From an uncultured Candidatus Saccharibacteria bacterium (GTDB lineage Bacteria > Patescibacteriota > Doudnabacteria > UBA920): DNA of 64,000 nucleotides. Positions 16,386-26,047 of the stretch are shown in pieces; position 1 is the stretch's first letter; every line of letters begins with the position of its first letter. The DNA lies in NCBI GenBank assembly GCA_964532425.1, contig CAZHIA010000001.1, forward strand, positions 124,951 to 188,950, written 5' to 3'. The notes beneath the pieces were generated by a model, which ran no database searches, had not been told where the DNA came from, and worked only from the letters and a program-made list of their open reading frames with translations. The position numbers were made by a program, and so were the translations under genes.

Positions 16386-16922
16386 ATGCAGGCATTATAC
16401 AGAGAGGCAGTAACGGTGGTTGATGTGCATGATTACACGGCCAAGCCTCACGGAGTCGTACTGGCGTTTCCGAAGCTCAAGAGTAAGCGGTTTGTCTGCG
16501 TGTCTTGCGGTGATGGCAATTACATGCCGGCATTGTTCGAATACTTGCAGCCATTCGTACCGTTTGGGGTCGACTATTTGGTCAGTCCCGGCGGGCCCCG
16601 GTCGTTGTACCGGGACCTGATGGATCCCAGCCGGGTCGGCGTGGGACTTAAAGATCTTGAGTTTTACATGACCCATAACGGGCCGCGGGAGGTCTTTCTG
16701 GTCGGCCACACTGGCTGCGGGAAATACCGGGTCAAGCATCCGGACCGCGCGCGACATATTCATGCGCTCGACGACCTGGTCATTGAACATCTGGTCAATC
16801 TGAAGAAGTTAGTGCTGCAATCCACGAGCGCCGATAAAGTTCACCTTCTGTTCATGACCGAAGACCAGCATTACAAGATCGACAACCCCGATCAGCGGCT
16901 GATCCGCGTGACCTCGCTGTAA
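16386..16922 (+). CDS. Second beta-carbonic anhydrase-like protein
   Basis: CxD (SCGDG), PGG, HxxC (HTGCGKY); RBS AGGAGG before ATG 16386. Confidence 0.65.
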   Translation: MQALYREAVTVVDVHDYTAKPHGVVLAFPKLKSKRFVCVSCGDGNYMPALFEYLQPFVPFGVDYLVSPGGPRSLYRDLMDPSRVGVGLKDLEFYMTHNGPREVFLVGHTGCGKYRVKHPDRARHIHALDDLVIEHLVNLKKLVLQSTSADKVHLLFMTEDQHYKIDNPDQRLIRVTSL

Positions 16923-16934
16923 CCTTTGTATCAT

Positions 16935-16966
16935 CAGGAATCTTCTCCGGGAGATTCCTGTTTTTT
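16935..16966 (+). terminator. Intrinsic terminator
   Basis: CAGGAATCTTC..GAGATTCCTG followed by T6. Confidence 0.75.
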
Positions 16967-16990
16967 ATCGCGGTCTGATAGAATAGTGGT

Positions 16991-17269
16991 ATGATCAAGG
17001 CTTTTCAGGTTACTATCTCCGGACACGTCCAAGGCGTGGGTTTCCGGTTTGCCGCCCAGGCAAAGGCAGAGGAACTGGGAGTGTTCGGCTGGGTCAGGAA
17101 TCTCGAGGATGGCCGGGTGGAAATTCATGGGGAAGGGGAAGAGACCGTGCTCGAACAATACATCCGCTGGTGCCGCAAAGGCCCGCTTTGGGCCAAGGTT
17201 ACCGCAGTAGATATCCAAGAAGTGCCGGTTACGGGAGTGGTGGCGTTTACGATTGCGGATAATATTTAA
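16991..17269 (+). CDS. acyP: Acylphosphatase
   Basis: GHVQGVGFR, GWVRNLEDGRVE, KGP motifs. Confidence 0.95.
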   Translation: MIKAFQVTISGHVQGVGFRFAAQAKAEELGVFGWVRNLEDGRVEIHGEGEETVLEQYIRWCRKGPLWAKVTAVDIQEVPVTGVVAFTIADNI

Positions 17270-17277
17270 AATGATGC

Positions 17278-17306
17278 TTGACATATTTGTTTATTTATGC
17301 TATACT
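17278..17306 (+). promoter_or_regulatory. Sigma70-type promoter
   Basis: TTGACA-17 bp-TATACT with TGn extension. Confidence 0.8.
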
Positions 17307-17368
17307 AGCGAGTTCTGTAACAAGGACAATATAAATAGCGTCTTAATTGCTATAATTCATCAAAGTAT

Positions 17369-17467
17369 ATGAAACGATTCTGCCTTAAGCCGAATATGTT
17401 CATTGCCTCCCAGGGTAACGTCTGGGCGGGTTTTGACTTGTCTGGCCAAGGTAGATGTCGTTCGTAA
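17369..17467 (+). CDS. Putative leader peptide (32 aa)
   Basis: MKRFCLKPNMFIASQGNVWAGFDLSGQGRCRS between the promoter and a terminator; no clear RBS. Confidence 0.35.
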   Translation: MKRFCLKPNMFIASQGNVWAGFDLSGQGRCRS

Positions 17468-17486
17468 TGTAACTGTATTCATTGCG

Positions 17487-17516
17487 TACCTCGGCTAGAT
17501 CGGCCGGGGTGTTTTT
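17487..17516 (+). terminator. Leader (attenuator-like) terminator
   Basis: ACCTCGGC..GCCGGGGT then GTTTTT, about 45 nt before the GNAT start. Confidence 0.6.
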
Positions 17517-17559
17517 AATTTCGCGCCCGCTCTAGAATCCACATACTAAAGGATGAATT

Positions 17560-18147
17560 ATGGAAAACAATTGCGTACCGCTCACTATGCATGGTGTCTC
17601 CTTGCGCGTTCCGCGAAAATCCACGGACTTCGAAATTGTCCTGGCGGGCATGAACAACCCCGAAACCAAACAGTACCTGTTTGACGTTATGCCGTGTTAC
17701 GAAGATGAGGAACTGAAGTGGTTCGACGAGCAGAGCAAGCGCAAGCCGGAGAACGTCCTGTATGCCATTGATGTGTTAGAGGATAAACCGCGCTATGTTG
17801 GGAATATTGGTTTGCATCGCATAGACTGGATCAGCCGCGTGGCTACCACGGGTACGGCCATCTGGAGCCCGGAAGACTGGGGCAAGCGGATTGGCACGAA
17901 AGCCAAGATGATTCTGCTCAATTATGCCTTCAACGGGCTGAACTTGCGCAAGATCTGTTCCGGCGCCATTGCGTTCAATGAGCGCAGTATCAACTATAGC
18001 CTGGCCTGCGGGTACCAAATCGAAGGCCGCCTCAAGCAGCAGATGTTCCGCAACGGGAAGTATTACGACAAGGTTCTGCTCGCTATTTTCCGCGAGGACT
18101 TTGAGCCGCTGTGGGAGCGGTTTGTAGCGACCGGGTCGGTGAAGTAA
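17560..18147 (+). CDS. GNAT N-acetyltransferase (RimJ/RimL-like)
   Basis: VGNIGL, WGKRIGT, YAFNGLNLRKI, NERS, GYQIEG..KQ..FRNGKYYD. Confidence 0.9.
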   Translation: MENNCVPLTMHGVSLRVPRKSTDFEIVLAGMNNPETKQYLFDVMPCYEDEELKWFDEQSKRKPENVLYAIDVLEDKPRYVGNIGLHRIDWISRVATTGTAIWSPEDWGKRIGTKAKMILLNYAFNGLNLRKICSGAIAFNERSINYSLACGYQIEGRLKQQMFRNGKYYDKVLLAIFREDFEPLWERFVATGSVK

Positions 18148-18286
18148 AACCCGGTTCCGGACTGCAACGTTAATCGTTCGCGGCCGCGAACGATTAACGT
18201 TGTACAGAACCATGGCCATGTGGTTCGGTTTTCGTGGTGACAGTGGCAGGGGCGGATTACAGACCCATCCCTGCAAAAACACAATG

Positions 18287-18315
18287 ACCCGCTTTGATTA
18301 TCCGGAGCGGGTTTT
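18287..18315 (+). terminator. Intrinsic terminator
   Basis: ACCCGCTTTG..CGGAGCGGGT followed by T-tract. Confidence 0.6.
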
Positions 18316-18345
18316 AATGTTACAATAGAAAAGGCGAATACGTAT

Positions 18346-19866
18346 ATGTCAAAAAATCCAATTTTACTTTTCATCAGTCTGTTCTGTTTGGTAGTCGGTC
18401 TTGCGATCGCAGCCGTACATTTTGATCGAACGGGTCGATCCGCTGGCGATCGAAAATATCCGGAACCGGTCGTCCATTACTCTTTCTTTACCCAGGAAGA
18501 TCCGTATGAACAGGCGTATCGCGATGCTGCTGAACTTCCATCCAAAGAGGCATTGCAGGAATTTCCATCCGGCTTGTTAGTGAATCACCATTTGCTTGCT
18601 TCATCGTTCATCGCTGAAGCTTTTGATCGCGCGGCAACTGCGGTTCCGGTTACGGTGCTGCTTATTAGTCCGAATCATTTTTCAGCCGGGAAGGGAACGG
18701 TTATTCTTTCAGAATCGGTTTGGAGAACGCCATATGGAGACGTGCAGTCGGATCGGCAGCTGGCACGAGCCTTGGTTGGCCGCGGTCTGGCATCCGTAGA
18801 AGAAACCCCGTTTTCCCAGGAGCATGGTATATCCGGCATTGTGGCATTCATTAAAAAGTCCATGCCCGAAGCCAAGATTGTGCCGGTCATTGTCAATGAC
18901 CGCTTGCCGATCGACCAGGCGCGGACTGTAGCGGACCAGCTTCGATCGCTGCTTCCGCCCAACACGATCATTGTTGGCTCATTCGATTTTTCCCACTACT
19001 TGCCATCGCGTGCTGCAGATTTTCACGATTTATTCAGTTCTGCCGCAGTGCGGAATTTTGACTTTGGCAGTATCGAGCGGCTCGATATCGATTCCCATCC
19101 GGGTCTGGCGCTATTTTTAGGGTTGCTGCAGGGCCCGCAATTTCATCAGCTCGAACATTCCAATTCCGCCCGGCTCGTTCATGAGGATGTTCTGGAAACG
19201 ACGAGCTATGTGACCGGCTATTTTGACCATGCAGGCAGCGCCGCGATGTCTGCCGAAACGCTGTTGGCGCTCGGACCAATCCATATATCGCCACAAGTGC
19301 GGTCCGCCCTGCAGCGCAGAGATCCTGGCTATGCCTGGACCTACCTTGAACGGTTCATGACCGGGCAAGGAAAAACGGCATCATTCGTGACCGGCGGTGA
19401 CAGTACTGATGTCCGAGCCTTGTCGAGATATGGCATTGAGGCAGTGCTCGCGTCTCGTGCTTCGTATCAAGTGGGGTCATACACCGTTGTCATGCGGGAC
19501 TGTTCCAGCGCCGCGGCAGCCCGGCAGGAAATTGATGCCGGTGCGGTTGCGGTCTTATGCGAGGGGTCTAAAAGGAACAGCGTGGAATTGTATAAGAACA
19601 AACCCATCATTTTCACCCACGGAGACCTGTTAAGCAGTAGCGGCCTTGCAGGAAAAGAACAGAGCCTGGCAGTCGGCGTGGCTGCAACAAATGCAGGACT
19701 CTCTGCGTATCTGTTTCCGGTCGGTTTTGACGGCAAGGACCAAAAATTGCTTATTGGAAAGGAAAATGATAGTGTGTTAGAAGAGATGTCGAATCATTCG
19801 CCGGTATCTGAGACGGTGAAGTCTCAGATTAAAACCGGAGTCATCAATTTTAATTTCGCAAAATAA
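18346..19866 (+). CDS. AmmeMemoRadiSam protein B (Memo-like) with degenerate CapA-like C-terminus
   Basis: N-terminal TM; NHH, SPNHF, EHGI, DFSHY Memo motifs; IDAGA and ELYKNKPII remnants of CapA. Confidence 0.75.
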   Translation: MSKNPILLFISLFCLVVGLAIAAVHFDRTGRSAGDRKYPEPVVHYSFFTQEDPYEQAYRDAAELPSKEALQEFPSGLLVNHHLLASSFIAEAFDRAATAVPVTVLLISPNHFSAGKGTVILSESVWRTPYGDVQSDRQLARALVGRGLASVEETPFSQEHGISGIVAFIKKSMPEAKIVPVIVNDRLPIDQARTVADQLRSLLPPNTIIVGSFDFSHYLPSRAADFHDLFSSAAVRNFDFGSIERLDIDSHPGLALFLGLLQGPQFHQLEHSNSARLVHEDVLETTSYVTGYFDHAGSAAMSAETLLALGPIHISPQVRSALQRRDPGYAWTYLERFMTGQGKTASFVTGGDSTDVRALSRYGIEAVLASRASYQVGSYTVVMRDCSSAAAARQEIDAGAVAVLCEGSKRNSVELYKNKPIIFTHGDLLSSSGLAGKEQSLAVGVAATNAGLSAYLFPVGFDGKDQKLLIGKENDSVLEEMSNHSPVSETVKSQIKTGVINFNFAK

Positions 19867-21713
19867 TGACAGAACAAAATCCGGTTCCGGAGCAGCAAGT
19901 CCCGGACCAAGCCGGCCTTCCTGGCAAAAAGGCGTGGTACGCAGGCTGGAAAGTTTTGAGCGCGGTTGCAATCATCGTGATTCTGGGTGCCGCAGTCGGC
20001 TATGCAGTCTATAAAAAGCAGCAGACGCGGCTGGCCGGACAGCAAACTTCTACTGGCGGATATTCCAAGGACTCGTCCAATAATCCGGTCGTGGTCACTA
20101 CCAACCCGTACGAATTTCCCGCGCCGGTCGAATATAATCCGGCCAGTAGTACCCCGGTAGATTCCAACGATCCGTATTATGAGAGCCTGGCAGCCTCGCC
20201 GACTTTCTTTGATTGTACGTCGACGACCGTTTCCGGTAAAAAAGTCAGTGGTGAAATTGAATGGCAAAGGCCTGAGCCGGTAGCCAGTACGACGCTCTTT
20301 ACTTCCGGAAATCCGTTCTACGGCCAGCCGGTCTACTACAAACTCGGTCATTTCGCTGCCGGCGGTTATGTCGGGGCGGATCTGTATTTAGTTGATGTAC
20401 CCTGCGACGGTATGTGCCTTTCCGATACATTTTATTACCTGGTCAAGAAAGGTGACAAAATATCGCTGCTCGAAAAAGAATCGCCCGGCAGTTCCGCGTT
20501 CTATCCTTCAGCTCCGAGCGTTCCGGGGGTTGGTATAGACAGAAATTACAGCATTCAGGACCTCGTTTATCCCAATTCGGTCAAAGGGCCCCAGGGTCAG
20601 TCGATGAATTTGGCCTCGATGCGCGCGCCCAAAGCGTTCTGTGCCTATGGCAAGATCAAAGCCTTTACCGATCCGGAACTTGGTGATGTCTATACCGACC
20701 CGGTCGATAAAGCGATCGAAGGCAGATCCTCCAATTACGGATTTTATGTTGAGTCTCCGGATGGTATGGAAGTTGATTACACTATCGACATTCCGTTCAT
20801 GGGCGGCGATAACATTCCGAAAATCGTCTGGAATAGCGGGAAAAAGAACATGGATGATTATGTGTATACCGACCGCACCGGGTGTGGTAGTTTCAACTAT
20901 GTCTCCGTGATCACGCCTGATGTGGTCAATCCCGAAGCTGACCTACAGGTTTCCGGCAGTGGTATCGGGGGTGAGCAAATCCTGGAGTTTAAGAACCCCG
21001 GCAATCCGTATTTGAAAGATTTCTACGAGACTTATTATTATCCGATGGATGGCGGTGAAAAAATGCCGTATGCGGACTTCGTAAAAATCCATCCCTTGTT
21101 CTTCTGGAAAGATCCGTTTGGCAGGCTCATTAAATTCCAGAAAAACTCGCTGCTGCCGGTCGCTGAGTGCGGCAAGCCGGTTATTTACCTCTACCCCCAT
21201 CAAACTCAAAAAGTTTCGGTCAAGCTGAATCCGGTTGGCGGTTTTAGCTACACTGAACCGGCCTATGGCAGTGGATGGAACGTTATTGCTGATCCGCAGA
21301 GCAACATTACCAATCTGGCTGACGGGAAAACTTATCCATACCTGTTTTGGGAAGGCCGGGGCGGATTGTACCAAACGCCCAAGCAGGGGTTTGTGGTACA
21401 GCAGGCGGATGTCCATCAATTCCTGGTAACGAAACTGGGTGAACTTGGATTGAATGCGAAAGAATCCAAAGACTTCATGGACTTCTGGGAGCCAAAGATG
21501 CAGGGTAGTCCGTATTACTTCGTAGCGTTCCTTGGTAACCAGGCTATGGATAGTCTTGCCCCGCTTTCGGTCGATCCGAAGCCTGACACCGTCATTAGAG
21601 TCCTCATGGATTTTACACCACTTGACCATCCGATTGATGTACAAGGCTATACCATTCGTACTCCGGAACGCAAAGGGTTTACGGTCGTAGAATGGGGTGG
21701 AGTGATTAGGTAA
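19866..21713 (+). CDS. Membrane-anchored hypothetical protein
   Basis: 615 aa, N-terminal TM; C-terminal domain with KPVIYLYP, YLFWEG, PKPDTVIRV and VVEWGG. Confidence 0.85.
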   Translation: MTEQNPVPEQQVPDQAGLPGKKAWYAGWKVLSAVAIIVILGAAVGYAVYKKQQTRLAGQQTSTGGYSKDSSNNPVVVTTNPYEFPAPVEYNPASSTPVDSNDPYYESLAASPTFFDCTSTTVSGKKVSGEIEWQRPEPVASTTLFTSGNPFYGQPVYYKLGHFAAGGYVGADLYLVDVPCDGMCLSDTFYYLVKKGDKISLLEKESPGSSAFYPSAPSVPGVGIDRNYSIQDLVYPNSVKGPQGQSMNLASMRAPKAFCAYGKIKAFTDPELGDVYTDPVDKAIEGRSSNYGFYVESPDGMEVDYTIDIPFMGGDNIPKIVWNSGKKNMDDYVYTDRTGCGSFNYVSVITPDVVNPEADLQVSGSGIGGEQILEFKNPGNPYLKDFYETYYYPMDGGEKMPYADFVKIHPLFFWKDPFGRLIKFQKNSLLPVAECGKPVIYLYPHQTQKVSVKLNPVGGFSYTEPAYGSGWNVIADPQSNITNLADGKTYPYLFWEGRGGLYQTPKQGFVVQQADVHQFLVTKLGELGLNAKESKDFMDFWEPKMQGSPYYFVAFLGNQAMDSLAPLSVDPKPDTVIRVLMDFTPLDHPIDVQGYTIRTPERKGFTVVEWGGVIR

Positions 21714-21734
21714 GTGTTGGAAAAACGTTAGTAC

Positions 21735-21768
21735 AAAAGCCGCTTGGGTTTAAGACCCGGCGGTTTTT
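21735..21768 (+). terminator. Intrinsic terminator
   Basis: AAAAGCCGCTTGGGT..ACCCGGCGGTTTTT. Confidence 0.7.
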
Positions 21769-21885
21769 ATTTGGATATTCAGAGGGAAAGGGGAGGGATC
21801 ATGATTAAATGATAAGACGAATAAGACGGATAGGATGGATAGGATAAATAAGAGTTGCCAAGAGGGGGTTTTGCACATAATTTTT

Positions 21886-21914
21886 TTGCCTATAGCGTAA
21901 AAAAATGGTATAAT
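21886..21914 (+). promoter_or_regulatory. Sigma70-type promoter of the pilin operon
   Basis: TTGCCT-17 bp-TATAAT. Confidence 0.6.
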
Positions 21915-21947
21915 TTTTTATATTCCTGATCAATAGAAATCAAAAAA

Positions 21948-23750
21948 GTGACGAGAAAACAAAGAGGTTTCACCATCGTTGAGGTACTGGTCAGCGTGGC
22001 TATTTTTGCCATTTTACTGACCGGTATTTTAGGCGCGTATGCCGCCTTGTCGAAGACAGTAAAAGCGGCGCGCGAGAAAACTGTCCTGTCGTCCCTGGCC
22101 TCGTACTATGTCGAGACTATCCGCAATATGCCGTATAGCCAGGTAGGAACTGCAAGCGGCAACCCGCACGGCAATCTGCCCGATTACACCAATGCGATCA
22201 CTCAGAAGATCGAAGCTTTTACCTATAAAATTTATTACGAGGTTACGTACATCGACGACCCTTCCGACGGGACGATTCTTGCCGGGACTGATCCGGCCCC
22301 TGATGACTATAAGCAGGTCAAGATGGATATTTTAAACGTGGCAACAGGGCAGGTGACGTCATTTGTGACCAATGTGGTGCCGAAAGGGTTGGAGGGAACT
22401 ATCAATGCCGGTGCCTTGCTGATCAAGGTCATGAATGCGTCGGGTCAACCGGTAACTGATGCGACCATTCACATTCAATCGGTCGGCCTGACTCCGAGCG
22501 TTGTTTTAGACCGCGAGTCGGACAGTAACGGTCAATGGGCGGAAGTCGGTTTGCCGGTTGGGGTCAATGCGTACCATATTGTCGTAACCAAACCTGGGTA
22601 TTCTTCTGACCAGACGTATCCCATTACCGTGCAAAATCCCAATCCGACCAAACCCGATGCTACCATTGCGAACGGTCAGGTGACGCAGATTAGCTTCGCT
22701 ATTGATTACCTGTCGAACCTGAATATCAAGACTTTAGACAGCTTGTGCCAGCCCGTTTCCGGCGTGAATTTGAATGTACTCGGCGCGAAGTTGATTGGCA
22801 CGAGCCCGAAAGTCTATAAATTTAACCAGAACTTCACCTCGAATGCCGGACTGGTCGCACTGAACAATATTGAATGGGATACGTATACGCCGACCTTACT
22901 CACCGGACAGTCGTGGGTGGTTCGTGGGACCTCTCCTATTCAAAAGATTGATGTTTTGCCTGGCACCACCCAGACTTTTACCATGATCCTCGGCTCGAAT
23001 ACCACGGCCAACAGCCTCCTGGTGATTGTGAAAGACAAGACGACCGGAGTGGCACTCGAAGGAGCGAATGTCCACTTGCAGAAAGGCGGTAGCGTACCGC
23101 AGGATTACTACGCCATTACCGGCGGTAGCGTCTGGATTCAAAGCGATTGGAGCGGCGGCAGCGGAACCCAAATGTGGTCAGCTACCAGCAGCAAGGATCA
23201 TTACTATCAGGACGACGGGAATGTTGATTCCAACAGCTCGCCGACCGGGCTGCGCCTGAAAAAGACCTCGGGCAAGTATGCGCCTGCCGGATGGGCCGAG
23301 TCATCCACGTTCGACACCGGGACGAATGCGACTAATTTCACGACTATCTCATGGCAGCCGACATCGCAGGATCCGAACACAGAATTAAAATTCCAGATCG
23401 CGGCTAACACGGACAATGCGACCTGGAACTATGTCGGGCCCGATGGCACTGCCGGGTCATACTATGCGGTATCAGGGAGCAACATTAGCAGCACGCTGGA
23501 CAATAATCGGTATGTCCGCTACAAAGTCTACCTTTCTACAGCGCAGAATAATAAGACCCCAGTGTTGACCTCGGTCAATCTCAATTTTGTGACCGGCTGT
23601 TTTACTCCCGGACAGGTGTTTTTCCCGGACCTGACTGCTGGCAATAATTATTCTCTCGATGTTACCCTTGACGGCTATGCGACGAAAACGATCAATTCAG
23701 TCAATATCAACGGTAATCAACCGTTGGAAATATTGCTGACGCCGCAATAA
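21948..23750 (+). CDS. Prepilin-type protein (PilV-like) with carboxypeptidase-regulatory-like beta domains
   Basis: QRG/FTIVEVL type IV prepilin site, hydrophobic helix, KPGY and LDGY beta-sandwich motifs. Confidence 0.88.
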   Translation: MTRKQRGFTIVEVLVSVAIFAILLTGILGAYAALSKTVKAAREKTVLSSLASYYVETIRNMPYSQVGTASGNPHGNLPDYTNAITQKIEAFTYKIYYEVTYIDDPSDGTILAGTDPAPDDYKQVKMDILNVATGQVTSFVTNVVPKGLEGTINAGALLIKVMNASGQPVTDATIHIQSVGLTPSVVLDRESDSNGQWAEVGLPVGVNAYHIVVTKPGYSSDQTYPITVQNPNPTKPDATIANGQVTQISFAIDYLSNLNIKTLDSLCQPVSGVNLNVLGAKLIGTSPKVYKFNQNFTSNAGLVALNNIEWDTYTPTLLTGQSWVVRGTSPIQKIDVLPGTTQTFTMILGSNTTANSLLVIVKDKTTGVALEGANVHLQKGGSVPQDYYAITGGSVWIQSDWSGGSGTQMWSATSSKDHYYQDDGNVDSNSSPTGLRLKKTSGKYAPAGWAESSTFDTGTNATNFTTISWQPTSQDPNTELKFQIAANTDNATWNYVGPDGTAGSYYAVSGSNISSTLDNNRYVRYKVYLSTAQNNKTPVLTSVNLNFVTGCFTPGQVFFPDLTAGNNYSLDVTLDGYATKTINSVNINGNQPLEILLTPQ

Positions 23751-23783
23751 GGGCGGCGACATTTGACATGTAACATGTGACAT

Positions 23784-24473
23784 GTGACGATTCAAACATT
23801 TCAAACCTTTTCTTTGGCCAATAGCCATCCGTCGACGCTCAGGCTGTTGCGGACCGAAAAGCCAAGTGGGGGATACGGCTTCACTCTCATAGAGGTCATG
23901 ATCTCGGTGTTTGCATTTTGCCTGATCGCGTTCGGTCTTATAGCGTTGGTCTCTGGCATATTGACCAGTTCTTCCAAACAGAGCGGTATGCTGGCAGATA
24001 CTGATCAGGCCCGCAAGGTGGCGTTTCAAATTAGTACCGAATTACGCAATGCACAGGTGGGGGCCGACGGCTCGTATCCATTGAATGTCGCGGGAGCCCA
24101 ACAAATAATCTTCTTTACCAATGCGGATCGGGACAATACCGTCGAGCGGGTTCGCTACTTTATCCAGAATGGCGACCTCTGGAAGGGTGTAACCGAGTAC
24201 AACGGTTCTTCGTATAATACTTCGACGGAAAGCTCGTACGTGGTCCAGGACAATTTAGCGAACGGATCGAACCCCGTGTTTTACTATTATGACGGCAGTT
24301 TTACCGGTTCGTCCACACAAACCTCACTGTCACAGCCGGTCAACGTTACGGGAGTTAAATTCGTTAAAGTGGTCCTGACAGTTACAAACCGGGGCGGGGT
24401 GAAAAATACCAATACCTTTACCGTGACCGCAGGCGCTGCCGTACGGAATTTGAAGACAAATCTGGGACAATAA
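23784..24473 (+). CDS. Prepilin-type minor pilin (PilW-like)
   Basis: G/FTLIEVMI site, ELRNA, ERVRY, PVFYYYD, VRNLK. Confidence 0.88.
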   Translation: MTIQTFQTFSLANSHPSTLRLLRTEKPSGGYGFTLIEVMISVFAFCLIAFGLIALVSGILTSSSKQSGMLADTDQARKVAFQISTELRNAQVGADGSYPLNVAGAQQIIFFTNADRDNTVERVRYFIQNGDLWKGVTEYNGSSYNTSTESSYVVQDNLANGSNPVFYYYDGSFTGSSTQTSLSQPVNVTGVKFVKVVLTVTNRGGVKNTNTFTVTAGAAVRNLKTNLGQ

Positions 24474-24476
24474 CGC

Positions 24477-24569
24477 AAATGACAAAAATTAAAAAATTTA
24501 AAAAATTGACAAAAATGCTGCAGTCGAATTTTTTTAATTTTCGTCGTTTTTGTCATTTTTGTTCATTTT
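24477..24569. repeat. TTGACAAAA-array palindromic element, copy 2 (in frame within pilX-like leader)
   Basis: ATGACAAAA/TTGACAAAA units, central CTGCAGT, inverted TTTTGTCA units. Confidence 0.75.
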
Positions 24570-25951
24570 CAGAATCCGGGTCCATCCTGATCTATAACAT
24601 CGTCATTATCTTCATCTTCACCCTGGTCATGCTGGGTGCGTTGGCGTATGCTACGATCCAGCTGCGCGTGGTTCGCTCCGTGGTCAACCGCGAACAGGCA
24701 TTCCAGATTGCGGAAGCCGGGGCAAATTACTACCAGTGGCATCTGGCGCATTTCGCCACCGATTATGCCGATGGCACGGGGCAGACGTGCAATCCGTGCG
24801 GGCCGTATGTGCATGATTACGTGGATAAGGACACAAACAATGTGATTGGCCGGTATTCGTTGATGGTTACTCCGCCGGTGACCGGTTCTACTATTGTGAC
24901 CATTACGTCTACCGGTTACACGCTGGCCAACCCTTTGCAAAAACGTACCGTGACAGCGCGTTACGGCATTCCGTCGCTGGCCCAATATGCTTTTTTGACG
25001 AACACGGACGCCTGGATTGGTTCGAATGAGACGGTTACCGGGCAATTCATGACCAATGGGGGAGTGCGTTTCGACGGGACCGGGAACGCGCCGATTATGT
25101 CGGCCAAACAAACATACCAATGCCAGAGCTGGTCAGGGAGCCCGTGCCCCGCGACCAAGCCGGGTATTTGGGGAGCAGCGACGCAGTCGACCCAGAATTT
25201 TTGGCAGTATCCCGTGCCGAACGTGGACTTTTCTTCAGTGACTTCCAATTTTGCGAGCATTAAGAGCTCGGCTCAGACCGGCGGCGTGTACCTGCCGCCT
25301 TCGAATCAATCGGGTTACTCGCTGGTTTTTAAATCGGACGGCACAGTGGACGTATACAAGGTAACGTCTCTGCGTGCGAATCCCACCGGATGGGACGTGG
25401 ATAATAAAGCGCACAACGAAGATCTTGATTATAATGCGCGAACATTCCTGTACAATACCCCCATTCCAAACAATGGCCTATTCTACGTTGAAGACCGGAC
25501 CTGGGTGGAGGGAACCGTAAAAGGCCGGGCCCTGGTGGCGGCCGCCAAACTCCCGTACAATGCCAATACAGCCCCAAGCATCCTGATTCCGAACAATATC
25601 GTCTATGCGGCCAAGGACGGGACAAATTCTTTGGGCTTGCTGGCTCAGGAAGACATCCTGCTGACATACTACTCTCCGAACAATCTGGAAATCGATGCGG
25701 CACTGTTTGCACAGAATGGCAGTGCACAGCATTACTACTGGCCGGGAGTGGTGAAAAATTCCATCACCATTTACGGCACAGTGGGCAGTTACGGCCTTTG
25801 GACGTGGAGCTGGGTGGATGGCGGGAATAACATAACCAGCGGGTATTCTTCCACCAATACAACCTATGATGCAAACTTGCTGTATGCACCGCCGCCAAGC
25901 TTTCCTCTGACCAGCGGCGGGTACCAGCAGATTAGCTGGAGCAGCAACTAA
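24479..25951 (+). CDS. PilX-like minor pilin
   Basis: SG/SILIY site without Glu5, TM helix, QAFQIAEAG, ITSTGY, C-terminal YDANLLYAPPPSFP. Confidence 0.85.
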   Translation: MTKIKKFKKLTKMLQSNFFNFRRFCHFCSFSESGSILIYNIVIIFIFTLVMLGALAYATIQLRVVRSVVNREQAFQIAEAGANYYQWHLAHFATDYADGTGQTCNPCGPYVHDYVDKDTNNVIGRYSLMVTPPVTGSTIVTITSTGYTLANPLQKRTVTARYGIPSLAQYAFLTNTDAWIGSNETVTGQFMTNGGVRFDGTGNAPIMSAKQTYQCQSWSGSPCPATKPGIWGAATQSTQNFWQYPVPNVDFSSVTSNFASIKSSAQTGGVYLPPSNQSGYSLVFKSDGTVDVYKVTSLRANPTGWDVDNKAHNEDLDYNARTFLYNTPIPNNGLFYVEDRTWVEGTVKGRALVAAAKLPYNANTAPSILIPNNIVYAAKDGTNSLGLLAQEDILLTYYSPNNLEIDAALFAQNGSAQHYYWPGVVKNSITIYGTVGSYGLWTWSWVDGGNNITSGYSSTNTTYDANLLYAPPPSFPLTSGGYQQISWSSN

Positions 25952-25953
25952 GT

Positions 25954-26035
25954 AATTGACAAAATTTTAAAAATTGACAAAAATGACAAAAATTAACTGC
26001 AGTTTGGTTTCCTATTTTTGTCATTTTTGTCAATT
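25954..26035. repeat. TTGACAAAA-array palindromic element, copy 3
   Basis: AATTGACAAAA..ATGACAAAAA-CTGCAGT-TTTTTGTCATTTTTGTCAATT. Confidence 0.75.
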
Positions 26036-26047
26036 AACTAATGTTTT

